In this document: positions 1 to 13,787 of the stretch, in pieces
Position numbering within the stretch: position 1 is the stretch's first letter
Layout of the letters: every line of letters begins with the position of its first letter
Source of the DNA: Mobula hypostoma
Taxonomy: Eukaryota
Direction: 5' to 3'
DNA: 64,000 nucleotides
NCBI RefSeq assembly: GCF_963921235.1
Contig: NC_086108.1
Location: 76,882,001-76,946,000 of the forward strand
Made by a program: the position numbers and the translations under genes
The notes under the pieces: model-generated
What the model was told of the DNA's origin: nothing
The model's input: only the letters and a program-made list of their open reading frames with translations
Databases searched by the model: none

Positions 1-480
1 GGTCACAAACGCAGTTCACTTTATACCAATGATCCATCCCCTGCTGCATCTGTTGGTCACATCATTCAGGGGTGGCAAGTGCATGATATCAGAGAGTGAG
101 TAACACACCCACGTAAAACTGCATTGAGTGAGCATGTAGTAGTGGCAGGTATTGCTAACATGTTAACTCGATCATCTTAAATTGAACAAGCTAAAATCAA
201 TCCAAAAAATTCAAAAAGCTACCATGTATTGATAAAGGTAGTCAGACATGTCCCCATAAACTTGAGTCAAGCATCCAAGGGAATGGACAGAGAGCACGGA
301 CTTAATATTTTGTGGCAGAAGCAGTGAGAGTTATCCAAGCTACTTCTGCCCCCTAAAACAAGAAATATGGATTAATTTAAATGACTTTACTCATTTATTT
401 CTCTCTGTTAAGGATTAACCAATCTAATACAAAAACTATCTCAAAACATGACTCAGTTGTGGGACGTTACAGTAAACTTT

Positions 481-636
481 GTGGGACACCAGATTAATGT
501 AATGGTTAGCACAATGTTATTACAATTCAGGGCGCTGGTGTTCAGAGTTAATTTCCAGTGGCTTCTGTAAAGATTTTGTCCGTTCCCCACCTAACCATGT
601 GGGTTTCCTCCGGGTACTCTGGTTTCCTCTCACAGC
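481..636 (+). mobile_element. V-SINE/HE1-like SINE, partial
   Basis: tRNA-like head plus TGGGTTTCCTCCGGGTACTCTGGTTTCCTC V-domain. Confidence 0.7.
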
Positions 637-1636
637 AACTTTTACATGGTTCTTTTATTTTGAGGAGAAAACAAAACATGCAAAGTCAACGCCACTCATG
701 CCTGTGTTTCTGTGTGTGAATGAGAAAAAAGGTATTGTTGCAGTTCTTAACTGGTAAGTTAAGTCTGTAAGTCTGTTTTAAGTGTTTCATTATTGAACAT
801 TCAATTTTGGGCATCCCCTTCTCTATAGCGCTCTAACAATTTTAGATCTATCATGACCTCTGTTATAACACACATTGATTTGGTGAAACCTTTACTGTGA
901 AGGAACAGCATTATATTTGTTAATAATAAAATTAAATACGGATGAGTATCAATAGACAAGTGAATATGAAAGGTTCATTCTGCCCCTTCTATATTTTAAA
1001 TAGGTTCATGCCGTTGCTTAAGTAATGGAAAATACATCTAATCATTTATAGTTGTATTTTGAGAACATTATTTCTTGTTCTTAACATGCTCTTATAAAAG
1101 TAACTCTGATTTAATATACTACTTCTGAACACTTATATATGTTACCAAATTGCCTTTTCTTTAACATATAGGCGACTGTAACTTAAAATCCCAAATGACG
1201 TTCCAAGATTAAACTACTGAAACATGAAAAAGAGGCCTTTCTGCCTTCAGGTATATGCTGGCATTTTGTAAGAGTATTCCAGGTAGCTCTAAACCTTGCA
1301 TTTTCCTCATAGTTCTGCATTTTCTTCTCCTTCAAATATCCAACTAACTTGTTTTTGGAAGCCTCTGTTGTCTATATTTCCACCAGCATTTCAAGCGGTC
1401 AGTTCTAAACTATGCATTAAAGAAGTTTTCTCTTCTGTCACTTGAGGCTTTTTTTTGGTCATCAAAAATCTGTGACCAATCTGATACCTCTCGCTTTCAG
1501 CAATGTAAACAGTTTCCTCTCATTCACTTTGTAAAGACACTGTATGAATTGAATACTTGGATCAAATCACATCTGAAACTTTTCTGCATCAACTCCAGTT
1601 GTTCTGGTCCATCTGCTGTATTTAAGTAAACTCCTA

Positions 1637-3233
1637 CAGTGGCATACAAAAGTTTGGGCACCCCGGTTGAAATTTCTGTTACTGTGAATAGCTAAGCGAG
1701 TAAAAGATGATCTGATTTCTAAAAGGCATAAAGTTAAAGATGACACATTTCTTTAATATTTTCAGCAAGATTACTTTTTTATTTCCATCTTTTACAGTTT
1801 CAAAATAAAAAAGGAAAAGGGCCCGAAGCAAATGTTTGGGCACCCTGCATGGCAGTACTTAGTAACACCCCCTTTGGCAAGTATCACAGCTTGCAAACGC
1901 TTTCTGTAGCCAGCTAAGAGTCTTTCAATTCTTGTTTGAGGGATTTTCGCCCATTCTTCCTTGCAAAAAAGACTTCTAGTTCTGTGAGATTCTCAGGCCT
2001 TCTTGCATGCACTGCTCTTTTGAGGTCTATCCACAGATTTTCGATGATGTTTAGGTCGGGGGACCGTGAGGGCCATGGCAAAACCTTCAGCTTGCACCTC
2101 TTGAGGTGTCTATTGTGGATTTTGAGGTGAGTTTAGGATCATTATCCCCTTTTCATTTTCAGCTTTTTTACAGATGGTGTGATGTTTGCTTCCAGAATTT
2201 GCTGGTATTTAATTGAATTCATTCTTCCCTCTACCAGTGAAATGTTCCCCGTGCCACTGACTGCAACACAAGCCCAAAGCATGATTGATCCACTCCCATG
2301 CTTAACAATTGGAGAGGTGTTCTTTTCATGAAACTCTGCACCCTTTTTTCTCCAAACATACCTTTGCTCATTGCGGCCAAAAAGTTCTATTTTAACTTCA
2401 TTAGTCCACAGGACTTGTTTCCAAAATGCATCGGGCTTGTTTAGATGTTCCTTTGCAAACTTCTGACGCTGAATTTTGTGGTGAGGACGCAGGAAAAGTT
2501 TTCTTCTGATGACGCTTCCATGAAGGTCATATTTGTGCAGGTGTCGCTGCACAGTAGAACAGTTCACCACCACTCCAGAGTCTGTTAAATCTTCCTGAAG
2601 GTCTTTTGCAGTCAAACGGGGGTTTTGGTTTGCCTTTCTAGCAATCCTATTAGTAGTTCTCTCGGAAAGTTTTCTTGGTCTTCCAGACTTCAACTTGACC
2701 TCCACCATACCTGTTAATTGCCATTTCTTATTTACAGTACAAACTGAGGAAATGGTTACCTGAGAACGCTTTGCTATCTTCTTATAGCCTTCTCCTGCTT
2801 TGTGGGCATCTTTTATTTTAATTTTCAGAGTGCTAGGCAGCTGCTTAGAGGAGCCCATGGCTTCTGATTGTTGGGACAAGGTTTGAGAGGTCAGGGTATT
2901 TATAAAGCTTTGACATTTGCATCACTTGGCCTTTCCTAACGACGACTGTGAACAAGCCATAGCCCTAACAAGCTAATTAAGGTCTGAGACCTTGGTAAAA
3001 GTTATCTGAGAGCTCAAATCCCTTGGGGTGCCCAAACTTTTGCATGGTGCTCCTTTCCTTTTTTTTCACTCTAAAACTGTACAGAACAAAAATAATACAC
3101 TAATCTAGCTTAAAATGTTGAAAAGAATTTTTCATCTTTATGATTTTTGGAGTTCAGTTCACCTTCTACTCACTTAACTATTCACAGTAACAGAAATTTT
3201 GACCAGGGGTGCCCAAACTTTTGCATGCCACTG
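1637..3233 (-). mobile_element. Full-length Tc1-family DNA transposon of IR/DR type
   Basis: TA flanks at 1635-1636 and 3234-3235. Ends CAGTGGCATACAAAAGTTTGGGCACCCC and GGGGTGCCCAAACTTTTGCATGCCACTG. Inner direct repeats near 1829-1846 and 3026-3043 define about 210-bp TIRs. Contains a transposase. Confidence 0.95.
1852..2858 (-). pseudogene. Tc1 DD34E transposase, inactivated
   Basis: GRPRK motif. First catalytic motif reads WTNE (D to N). A small deletion gives a stop at 2142; downstream frames still read [16 protein letters not shown] and AVILAKGGVTKY, with further frameshifts. Confidence 0.9.
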
Positions 3234-3529
3234 TATGTCCCTGGAAGAACCTAGGAAGTCCTTTTATCTAAAACATTCACAGGTTTCCTAAAGTGTAACA
3301 CTACTGTCAAACCAGTGTTTAAAGTGGCACTCCTTCTGTGCCACAAAAGCATAAATTTCCTTTGCCTTTTTGACTTTTCAACTATTTTCTCACCTTTCTT
3401 GCCATCTTCAAAAATATATTGTATATACAGGCCGTATTGTTCCTGGGTTTGTTTAGCATTATACATTTCAGATTATATTGCCTCTCTATTCTTACTACTG
3501 AAATGCGAACAGTTTTCCACAATAATGAA

Positions 3530-3670
3530 CACAAGATATTCTACAGATGCTTAAACTCCACAGCAACATAACACACAAAATGTTGGAGAAACTCAGTAGG
3601 TCACACAACATCAATGGAGAGGAATAAACAGTCTACATTTCAGAACAAGGCCCTTTATAAGGACTGGAAA
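3530..3670 (-). repeat. Penelope pLTR-end derivative
   Basis: cacacaaaatgttggagaaactcagtaggtca...agtctacatttcagaacaaggccctttataaggactgg. Confidence 0.65.
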
Positions 3671-4266
3671 TCTTCTGCTTGTCTGTTAATTCTATAAGCA
3701 TACCTTGGCCCACTTAAAGTTTATCACCTTTCTCACTTGCCGTCAGCTGCAATTTCCATTTTTTAATGTTATCTATATGTTTTGGAAAGTTGCCCCATAC
3801 GTTTAAGCACACACCAAATTACATCAAGAGAAGCATAGGTTTTTGTAACCAATTCCTGAAGAATGCCATTGTATATGGTCCTGTAAATAAAGATATTAAG
3901 AATTTAGATAACTTTGTTAAATGTTCTAAAATTATATTATTATAAGCACAAGTTTGATCAAAAATCACAAATGATTGCTGCCTTCTTTGTGTCATTGAAA
4001 GATGGAGAAAGCAGCCAACTCTTGTATTTGAGACATGACAAACTTTGGGACAATTGAAGAAGACAAAAATACAGGTGTTATGGTTAAGCAGCTATCCAGC
4101 TTGCTTTTCATGCCACATGTTGGATGGCTAAAAAGTGAAAAATTAGCAAGGCCAATATGTTGTCTCAGGTAGAAAGATTGTTATTGCTAAGACATTAGAG
4201 AGAGCTTTAGAACATGCAAAGTTTATAGTGAAGGGGATATAATCAAAATATTGCCTATATTTTTGC

Positions 4267-4548
4267 AGTTAGCACAATGTGTTATAGTACAGGAGGCCCA
4301 GGTTCAATTCCCGCGCTCCCTGTAAGGAGTTTGTATGTTCTCCCTGTGACCACATGGGTTTCCTCCGGGTGCTCCGGTTTCCTCCGGGTGCTCCGGTTTC
4401 CTCCCATCGTCCAAAGATGCATTGGTTGGTAGGTTAATTGGTCACTGTAAATTGTCCTGTAATTAGGCTAGGATTAATTTGGGATTGCTGGGTGGCATGT
4501 CTCAAAGAGCTGACACGTCTATTCCGTGCTGTATCTCAATAAATTAAA
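4267..4548 (+). mobile_element. V-SINE/HE1-like SINE with duplicated V-core
   Basis: GGTTCAATTCC B-box; GGTTTCCTCCGGGTGCTCC twice in tandem; ends gctgtatctcaataaa. Confidence 0.8.
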
Positions 4549-4724
4549 ACCCTTGGTAGAGGATTTAAGCTTTTTCTCCAAAAAAGTGGAGGAAGTGTGA
4601 TAGTAGAAAGGAACGCCGAGATTATTAAAACTTCTGGAATAAGGGCAAAATTGAAATAATTAATGAGAAAGTCAGTTGAAATGCATGGTTAATTGATAAA
4701 TTCAGCTCAAATTTGGCCTAGGGT

Positions 4725-5500
4725 AGTGATTGAGTGGTGTTTTCTTTTGATTGGAGGTTTTTGACCAGTGGTACTTCAGAAGGTGCCGGGAGCTCTACTG
4801 TTAGCAATACATATTTATGATCTGAATGAAAATGCAGGAGGTGTAATTAATTCATTTTCAGGTGAGACAAAAATTGGTGGAGTTTGAATAGAGTAAAGAT
4901 TGTCAAAGGACAGATCAGCATATAGGTCATTTGGAAATTTGGACAGAGAAATGGCTGAGGAAATTTTATATTGACATGTATGAATTGTTACCTTCCTGGA
5001 GGTCAATTGTAAGAGGAATGTGTACAGCAAATGGCAGGATCTTTAGGAGCATTGATGTACAGAGGAATGTTGATGTGCATGTCTGCAACTTCCTGAAAGT
5101 TGAATGCATATAGATAGGGTGATAAAGAAAGCATAGAGCATGTTTACCTTTATCTGTCAAGGCATTGAGTGAAAAAATCAATTAGTCGTGTTGCAGCTAT
5201 AGAAAACATTACTTAGGCTCTATTTGCAGTGTGGAATTGCAGTTAGCAAATTACAGGAAGAACGTGGGTTTTGGAGAGGTGCAGAAGAGGTTTACCATTA
5301 TGTTTCCTGGACTGGAGTGTATTAGCTACAAGGTGAGATTTGACTAACTTGAATTGTTTTCTGTGGAGTGCCAGTGGCTGAACAATGACCGAAAATTGTG
5401 AGAGGCTATCTATAGATAGTCTGAGTCTTTTTCCAGGGATGGTAATGTCAAATACTAGATGGCATAAATTAAAGGAGAAAGTTTAAAGGAGATATGTAAA
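4725..5500 (+). mobile_element. Degenerate CR1 3' region
   Basis: Decayed similarity to the RT C-terminus of the other CR1 copies (gtgcagaagaggtttacca...ctggactggag). Confidence 0.65.
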
Positions 5501-5506
5501 GGAGAA

Positions 5507-5885
5507 GGGCAACATGGTAATGTAGCTATTAGCATGATGCTATTACAGCACCAGCATTCAGTGATTGAGGTTCAATCCCCACCACAGTCTGTAAGGAGTG
5601 TGTACGTTCTCCCTGTGGTTTCATGGGTTTCCATTGGGTGCTCCATTTTCCACTCACATTTCAAGGCTGTATGGGTTAGGGTTATTAAGCTGTAGGCATA
5701 CTAAGCTGGTGCCAGAAACTTGGCAGCACTTGCGGGCTGCTCCCAGCACATATTCGGATTGTGTTGGTCATTGACGTAAATGACACATTTCACTGCATAT
5801 TTCCATGTGGACCAAATGCAGATGGATAAGATTAGTTTAATTTGGCATCGTGGTTGGTGCAAACATGGTGCACCGTACTTTTCTA
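5507..5885 (+). mobile_element. V-SINE-like SINE
   Basis: Head GGCAACATGGTAATGTAGC...GGTTCAATCCC and degenerate V-domain. Confidence 0.65.
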
Positions 5886-6804
5886 TGTTTCTATATAATT
5901 GCAATATTTGAGGGAGGATAAGAATACAGGGTTTTAAGCTCTGTTGTAGAATGAGCAAGAGAGATGAAATGGGGCAAAAAGCTACATGTTAATGTTCCAC
6001 AACCTTTTGTGGTAGGATTTTAAATGCCAAAATAATTTTTAACAACTGGAGTTTGAACCAGTAATAATGACAAAGAGATGTGTATTGTAGCCACAACAAA
6101 GGCAAAATGGAAATTTTATTTTGGTTGCATTCGTACTACTCTCTAGATCATGATAATTCTGTCCGGCAAAAAAAGTGGAGTAAATAATTAATGTGACTAT
6201 TGAAGAATGACTGCTAAGCAAAGGCTGTAACATATTCATAACTGGTTGTTGTTAAAACAGAAGAAAATGATCAATTTTGAAGGTATTAGCATGAAACAAG
6301 ATGATAAAGTCACTTGGCCCTAACTCCATGTTATCATGAGAAAAGTAAGAAATTGATCAGGGGATCTAACCACATTTTTTCAATTTTTAAAAAAAATATA
6401 AAAATGTTGTTTTGACGTGGAAAAGTTACTGATATATTGTCTTTATGGATGGAAAAAAGAACATGCATGAATCAGTTAGTCTAATATTAGTTCACAGTCC
6501 ATTCTTTGAGATCAAAGTTAGTAAGAAATACCAGATTTAATCTAAGATAACCAACAAAAATCTGTTAACACCAAGTGATTTCACAAATTTGATAAAAGTG
6601 ACAGAAAACTGTTATTGATTGAATAAAGAGACTACAGTAAATGTAAACATAAGAATTTTTAGGAGGTATTGCTAATGTAACTCAAAAGAGTCTTATTGGA
6701 AAAAATTGAGAAGCAGAATAAGATAAAATACAGCAATCTGAAAGCTTGTTGTTCAATAGACTGGAAACAAAATTTGGGGGTCGCAGGAGACTGATGAAAG
6801 CCAT

Positions 6805-7530
6805 ATTCCTCTTCGGCAGTCCTTTGTGATTGAGAATGACTTGCCTCCACTGAGATGTTTGATGAGGCCAATGAGTAATTCAAACTCATCAACAGAAGGA
6901 GTAGGAGGTGCCTGACAGGGTGAGTGAATGAGTAGTTTAGGCCACGTTTCTGGATGCACCTGATGCATAGACCCTTTGTTAGCCATATTTTTCTGAATGC
7001 TCCATCTCTACTTTGAGTACTCGGAGGCCAGAGATTCCAAGAGTCAATGGAGTTATTGGACTTTTTCAAGGAGGCTTTGAGAGTGTTCTTCAAAATTTTG
7101 CTGTTTGCCTGCCAATCTTTTCCTGTGACAGAGTTTGAAACTCATTGGCTGTTTTCAGGAGGCAGGTAGATGGACAAATGATTGATGTACCCTGTTTGAT
7201 GGAGCCAACTGAGTGTAATTCGGACCACAAACTAGGAGAAAGCATTGATGTTAGTTTGCTATCCATCCAATGAAGTTGAAAGATTTGGAAGAGAGACCAT
7301 TGGGTAGTTTATTTCCTGAGCATGCTGGAGATGGTCCAAATCTTCGAAGCACATAGGAGGTTAGAGAGCCTTGCAAACCATAACCAGATTTGAGACTGTG
7401 ATCATCAGAAACATAATTCCTCAATAGGTCAAAAATTGTGCTTGCCATGAACATTTATATTATTGGAGGGCAGTTTTGTGCAGCAGGAGCCAGTTGGTAA
7501 ATTACCTTTGCCTTGTGAATGTTGAGAATA
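6805..7530 (-). mobile_element. Degenerate RTE-clade LINE 3' part
   Basis: Minus-strand peptides KNTLKASLKKSNNSIDSW and LNIHKAKVIYQ resemble recalled RTE ORF segments; GGACTGCCGAAGAGGA-type 3' end. Confidence 0.55.
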
Positions 7531-8139
7531 TAAAATGAACTTTCATATGCTTTATTGAACAAATGAATAATGACTGGGAACTTAGCCTCTGGGCATAAAC
7601 AAACACAAGCAATATCTGAAAATTCTATCATGGTTGTTTAGTTTGGGGAGGTCTTGATTCTAGATTAGAGTTGTTATTGGCTGAATAATTTCCCATTCAT
7701 TCTAAAAATGATCTTACTCTTGTAGTAATTTCATAGAAGATGAGGTGCAGTATTGTGATGTGAAAGATTGAAATATTCGGGTGATGACATAGCCTTGACT
7801 GGCAAGTGTCTTCACTGAGTTTGTCTGTGATGTAATAAGAAGGTATAAGAGGTTATAATCTTGATATTTACTGATGACAATCCAGCAGGATATCTGTGTA
7901 CTTGAACAAAAACTTCAGGAAGTTACAATTTGGTGGATTAGACAGACAAATGGAGAGAGGGAGGAGCAGCAGTGGAATTGATTTTGAATTACTTTTGCGA
8001 AGTGTCAGCCCTGAATCAGAGAGCTAACTTGAATGCTTCCGTAGAGAAGTGCAGCATAGAAACTGTAGAAGTATTTAGTTCTGTGCCTTGGAAGGTAGGT
8101 GCAATAACAGGCAGCACTATTGTCATTCTGTTAATATTG

Positions 8140-8403
8140 GGGCAGCACAGTAGGGTAGTGGTTAGCACAAAGCTTTGCAGCACAGGTGACCTGGGTTCAA
8201 TTCTCAGCGCTGCCTGTAAGGCATTTGTACATTCTTCCCATGACCCGGTATTCCTCCCATAGTCCAAAGACATACTAGTTGGTGGGTTAAATGGTCATTG
8301 TAAATTGTCCCGTGATGAGGCTAGGATTAAATCTGGAGATTGCTGGGTGGTGTGGCTCAAAGCGCCAGAAGGGCCAGTTCCACACTGTATCTCAATAAAA
8401 AAA
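8140..8403 (+). mobile_element. V-SINE/HE1-like SINE
   Basis: GGGCAGCACAGTAGGGTAGTGGTTAGCAC head, GGTTCAATTC box, same tail as the 4267 copy. Confidence 0.75.
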
Positions 8404-11400
8404 ATGATGGCATGTGCATACATTCTAGACCTACGGGATCTCTTAGCTACAGAGATCCCAGGGTGGCTTACTCTGAATGCATAAAATTGACTGGAAAGTT
8501 AATTATATTGATCATCAGAAATGGGACACTGCAGTATTGTTGTACAACAAAAGTGGGCCTGAAGCTTGTTGAATACAACAGGGACTTAAAACACTTGAAA
8601 TTGAGCTATGTTTCTGGGGCTGTGGCCTCACTTCACCCTAAGAGAAAAGGACAACAATACAGAAAATAGTGGCTGAAAGTGGTGCTGTTCATTTCCACTC
8701 TTATAAGGTGGAGAATTGCTGAATATGAAACTTTAAGTTCAAAATCCAATTATTCAATTGGTTACGCATTGAACATTTGTGGTTTTCAATTAATCATTTC
8801 TTCTTCACTCAGCCGTGCTTAAGGTAAGTCAATAATTTCCCTGATAAAATAGAAACAGAAAATTTAAGTGCAGGATTTTTCTCATTTTCCTAAAATTCAT
8901 TGACTTTGGTGAATGTGAATTTGTGAAGGCTGATCAGCACCCAAAATGTTGAAGAAATCCATTATCATTTTTAATTGGGTTACCTCTTGTACACAGAGCA
9001 TTATTGACATTATTAGACAAAAACCCATAACAGGCTTTTACAGACATTTGCAAAAAGCTGAATTCTAACTATCAGTACAATCTGTCCCTCTGCTTCCAAC
9101 AGATTAATTATCAGAAGAGTTGACATCACCTCCCATTTAGTGTAGAATGCTCTTTTTATTCTGCTATTCAATTGCACAGGTTTCGGGATTCACAACAACA
9201 CCATAGAAAAAAAAGATAATCTGCACTTTCTGTTTTCTCTGCTTATCTTTTCTTTTCCTTTTTTTCCCCTCAAACTGTTACTCTCTTTTTGACTTTTAAT
9301 TGTTACTGGGAGGTCATAGACCCTCCGCTCCTTTAGAGGTAGTGGATTGGGGATTTTATTTTCCTAAATCCAGCAAACTGGATTAAAAGAAAGACAAAAA
9401 AAGATCCACATGGGCTGCATCATATACTGTATATCGGTTTAAAAAGAAACAAGAAGCATTAATGTGCAGTTGGGATAAGGGAATTCCAAGTGTATTTTAT
9501 ATCAGGGAACACTCCTCCTTCCCTCTTTCTCTCTTCCTCCAACTCAATTACACGTTCCACTTCCATAATCCACTTATTATATTAGGCTAGCTTTATATTA
9601 GCAACTTCTTTCTGTCCCTTTGGTTTGAATGCTGCTTTAAAGCATAATGTCCTAGAGGAGCTTAGCACTGCATGTCTTCAAGAAACACCTTCAGTGCTCA
9701 TTTCAAGGCATCCGGCCATCTGCCAATGAAGGTGGATTTAATCTTGTAAAATTAAATTTTGCTCCGCTGACATACTCTTAGGCGTCTGCGGCTGAGCGCT
9801 GTGGACAAACTGAACATGACAGGAGCATTGTTTTTTGTCACATCTACTGTGTTGATCTTTTCAAAGTCTCATAAAAATTTATTGATGTCCCTGTTTGCAG
9901 CCTAGGATATTAGTGTCTGCAGCACAGATATGATTTGATCTGTCTTCCCTTATTGGCGACCAGCGCTTAGCAATGCTTTTTAATACTTGCTGTCTTATAA
10001 TCAGTCATTCCCAAACTTGCAAGGCGGATGCAGTTAAGATCTGGCCTTTATAGTAAGCTGCTTTGCCCCTGAGGCTGATGGCTTTGGCACTATAAGTATG
10101 TAATTTTTGTATAATATATTCACAAGTTGATAGATGTACATACCAGCATCTACATCTTTGAACAGTTAAGTGCTGTAATGAGAAAAGAAAAACAGTTACA
10201 AATTTGATGTGACAAAAAAATCATTACATCTCATTGGTCTGTTTTCATTTGTTAAAAAATGATCTACATCTACTATTGTATAATTACTTTAATAAAAAAT
10301 TTATTTTCAACTCATTTTCTAAAGCTGTATAATTGTTTCAAATTGAACTTGTCTAAAAGGAGAAATTTCATAAGAGATTAGATTGAAACTTCAATAATTT
10401 AAATGTATAATTGAAGAGTTTTACTCAGGGTAATTAATAAGAAATTCTTCACAGTTACAATGTAGATGAATACATCCTATCTGTTTTATAGAAAACTAAT
10501 CAAAACACACTGAACACTTTCCAAATAGGCAATGTCACAATCTATCATAAATTCTGTCTTTTTGTCATTATTATTGCTTTTTGTATATAAGTCTATGGAG
10601 TTTGTTGATTGCACGGTACTTTGCTGTCTGTAAAATCTTAAACTGTGTGCATTCCTGAAATTCAGGCTATGTTAATGAGAAGGATGGTAATCTTATTGGG
10701 AATGGCATTTTTGGGAGAGAATGAATACTGTTGTCCTACTAATACCCCCATCCTCAAAAATTCATCCATAATTTCTCCAGAGAAGTAAAGTAATTCATGG
10801 AGAATACTAGTGAAGTCAATGCATTATTACTGAGGACACAAATGCTTACCTTGCTGTCATCTTCTGTGAGCTGCAGTGATGGAGTACTTCAGTGAACATG
10901 CAAGTAGTAAGCCATAAGGTTGGTGCCTGTGAATTCCTAATCCCAGTTATTTTTATGTAAGGAAGGACTACAAAGACTGGTTAGTGCTTAAAATAATATT
11001 AGGCATTTCTCTTGCAAATTTGATGGTAATCTCTTACAGAAGATGATTAGCAAATGTCTCCTGCATAGTTGTTTAGAGGTACATTTACTGAATGGAGATA
11101 TTTAGAGATGAATACAGTTCAAATTTTCTACAAGGAAATGCTGTCCCATGTCCATATGCATCTTGTGCCAGCACGACCAGGCTTCACATATCCTTCCCAC
11201 CATGGCATTCCCCTACCACATATTTAGCCTCACTGCATCATAAAGAAGCTAAGATAAAAGTAAATGCTGTTCCCACGTGGAAAAGCCGAAGTCACATTCA
11301 TTGGGGAGCTTGGAAGCAAATAGCATAAGTTTCCTTTTAACAGTATTGATTTACGGAATGTTGAGAAGAAAATAAATCCCTTTAAAAGTCGAGTCTTGAT

Positions 11401-12017
11401 ATTTATGAGAATTGAATTTTGAAAATGTTGGAATTGAGAGGAAGTATTATTTTTGGAGATGGCACTATACTTCATAATGAAGTATAATCATCAAAAATGG
11501 GTAGCAATTGACTATAGTATATTCTATAATTATTATTACTATAATGATATATATGAACTCTTGATCAATTAATACTGCTTTTGTTCTTTATGAAAAATAA
11601 TTAATATCTCTTTACATCCTGTCCGATGAATTACTTCACCTGTTTATTACTGTTAATTGAATGTTTTGACAAATTATATGTTTTAACTGGCCAAATTACA
11701 GTACAATGGATAAAAATATCATCACTTCGATTGTTTGTGTGATCCCTCTAACAGCTGTAAATTATCTGTGATAATGGAGTATGGTGTGTTTGTAGAGCCT
11801 GGCCATGCTCTGTCAAAGTGCTGTACCATGGAATGATAAGAAAAGGTTTTACACTATTAATTCCCGAAAAGATTACATTCCTGTCTTTGGCCTGTCATCA
11901 GGTGTCCAAAGGAGTGAAGGAAGGAAATTCAGTTAATCTTGGGATCTCCCAGCAGCTGGCTTAAAAATAAAGCCTGTGGAGTGTTGTTTATGGATACCAG
12001 ATCAAAGTCTGAGCTCA

Positions 12018-12330
12018 GAAAGTTCAAACTTCAAAGTAAATTTATTATTGAAGTACATGTATGTCACCATATACAACCCTGAGATTCATTTTCTTGTGGG
12101 TGATCGCAGTAATTACAAGAAACACAATGGAATCAATGAAAGACCACATCCACCAGGATGGACAAACAATCAATTTGTAAAAGATAACAAAATGTGCAAA
12201 TACAAAAGAAAAAAACTAATAATAATAATAAATAGTTAGATGGATAGATAAGCAATAAGTATCGAGAACATGAGACGAAGAGCCCTTGAAAGTGAGTCCG
12301 TAACTAATGGGAACAGTTTAGTGATGAGGT
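12018..12330 (-). mobile_element. 3' UTR fragment of a Rex1/Babar-like LINE
   Basis: aagttcaaagtaaatttatta...gtacat.tatgtca.catata.aa.cctga.attcatttt shared with the 3' end of the element at 57245. Confidence 0.65.
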
Positions 12331-12849
12331 GAGATCTGCTCCAGTTACAGCCTTGGGATAGAAAAGACAGTATGAGCGTAGATGAAATCAGATACACCTT
12401 GGAAAAAAAAATTAAATAATGTAAATATATAATATTCAAAAATTTTCAGTATGTAAATCTCACATAGTGAGTGTATTTGAGAAACAGTTTGGAAAAGAAC
12501 AACATGCGTACTATAATCCTCCAGATGAGGCAAAATAATTTTTAACATATAGTTGCCTTTAACTCCATGATCTTTCTGGAGGTGATCCTATTCCCTTACC
12601 AGTATTCTTTCTACTGCTGCACTGCATGCTCCCCAGGAAAATGGGGATTAAACTACAAATAAATAAAAGCAAACGGTTGCTATTTGCACAACCAGTCAAT
12701 GGAAGGGACTTTGTAGTAGACTTTTTGAGGTGGTGGGAGGTAGGACTCAAGTAGCGATGGCAGCAGCTAGAGAATGAGATGGCGATGGTGACTTGAATAA
12801 TCACAATTTTTGTTCGACATATAAATCTTCATTTAACTTTGTTTTATTT

Positions 12850-13330
12850 TTATTTGATTATTCCAGCAATTTTCAAAGGCTACTGAAATCCTCATTAATG
12901 ATCACAAGGATAAATTAAGGGTATAATGACAGACAGTCGCATCGGTTTGAAGAGGGGCAGGATGAATGATCTGCTGCCCCATTGGTGAAAAAAGTTGCAC
13001 TCTGTTACTGAGCAGCCTGTGCCTGTTGGGAGGTGTCAAAGCAAGTGTCCTTTTCAAGTGAAAAGACTACTGACGCTTCCTTGCATCTCCGGCAGCTCGG
13101 TAATTCTTTTTGTGGAGAATCATAGGCCCAAACCATTTATGTTAAGCAGATTATATACTTTCTCTTGAATTGCTTTTAGTTAGATCCCAGAGGTGGTAAT
13201 AGAAAGGATGCTATCTCTTTTAATGTGCTATCAAATGACTCAAAGTAATATTGCACAGACCTCTAAATCAATGTGATAACTGACCTTTATAATGCAATTC
13301 TTAACTTTGTCTGCTAAATCTATTTTAAAT
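12850..13330. promoter_or_regulatory. Candidate conserved non-coding element
   Basis: No recognisable repeat; dense TAAT/ATTA and TGACAG motifs. Conservation not tested. Confidence 0.3.
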
Positions 13331-13741
13331 ACCCTGGAATTTTGATACTTTTGTAAAAATGTTGCACAGCTCTAGATGCCGATAATCTTAAGTTCCAATT
13401 TTGTTCTTTCCTTCTGCTAAACAGAAGTAATATCAGTTTGACAAGTATGCTATTGGACAGCTGATGTGCTTTCAGATGAGATGCAATTTATTGTGTGATG
13501 TGTTATACAGAATCTGCCAAAACACATATTTGATTATTTTGCACAACATGCAAATAATTACAGTGTACTTTGCAACAGTTTGCACCTAAGGGAGATTTAA
13601 AAATGATAATGCCAGGTAATGTAATGAATAACAAAATCTGTTAGCATGTTGTAATATTACTCATGCAGAAAATTAACTGGAACTATGTGCAAGACATAGA
13701 CTGCAATAAAGTGAAATAATTATTTCCTGTTTCTTCAACAG

Positions 13742-13787
13742 TAAGCACTCCATGTTGAAGGACAGCACACTCCAAGGGACTGTGAAG
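13742..13787 (+). CDS. RNF220: RNF220 internal coding exon (46 nt; equivalent of human exon 4)
   Basis: Acceptor tttcctgtttcttcaacAG, donor GTAAGT. One nt plus 15 codons KHSMLKDSTLQGTVK, versus recalled human KNSLLKDAMAPGTPK. Ends in phase 0, compatible with the next exon. Confidence 0.85.

Noticed and set aside
4357..4404. 19-bp tandem duplication GGTTTCCTCCGGGTGCTCC
   Set aside because: Slippage at the internally repeated V-SINE core; no sign of function.
8140..8215. tRNA-like A/B boxes here and at 4267, 5507 and 23900
   Set aside because: SINE heads followed by SINE body and tail; no convincing cloverleaf.
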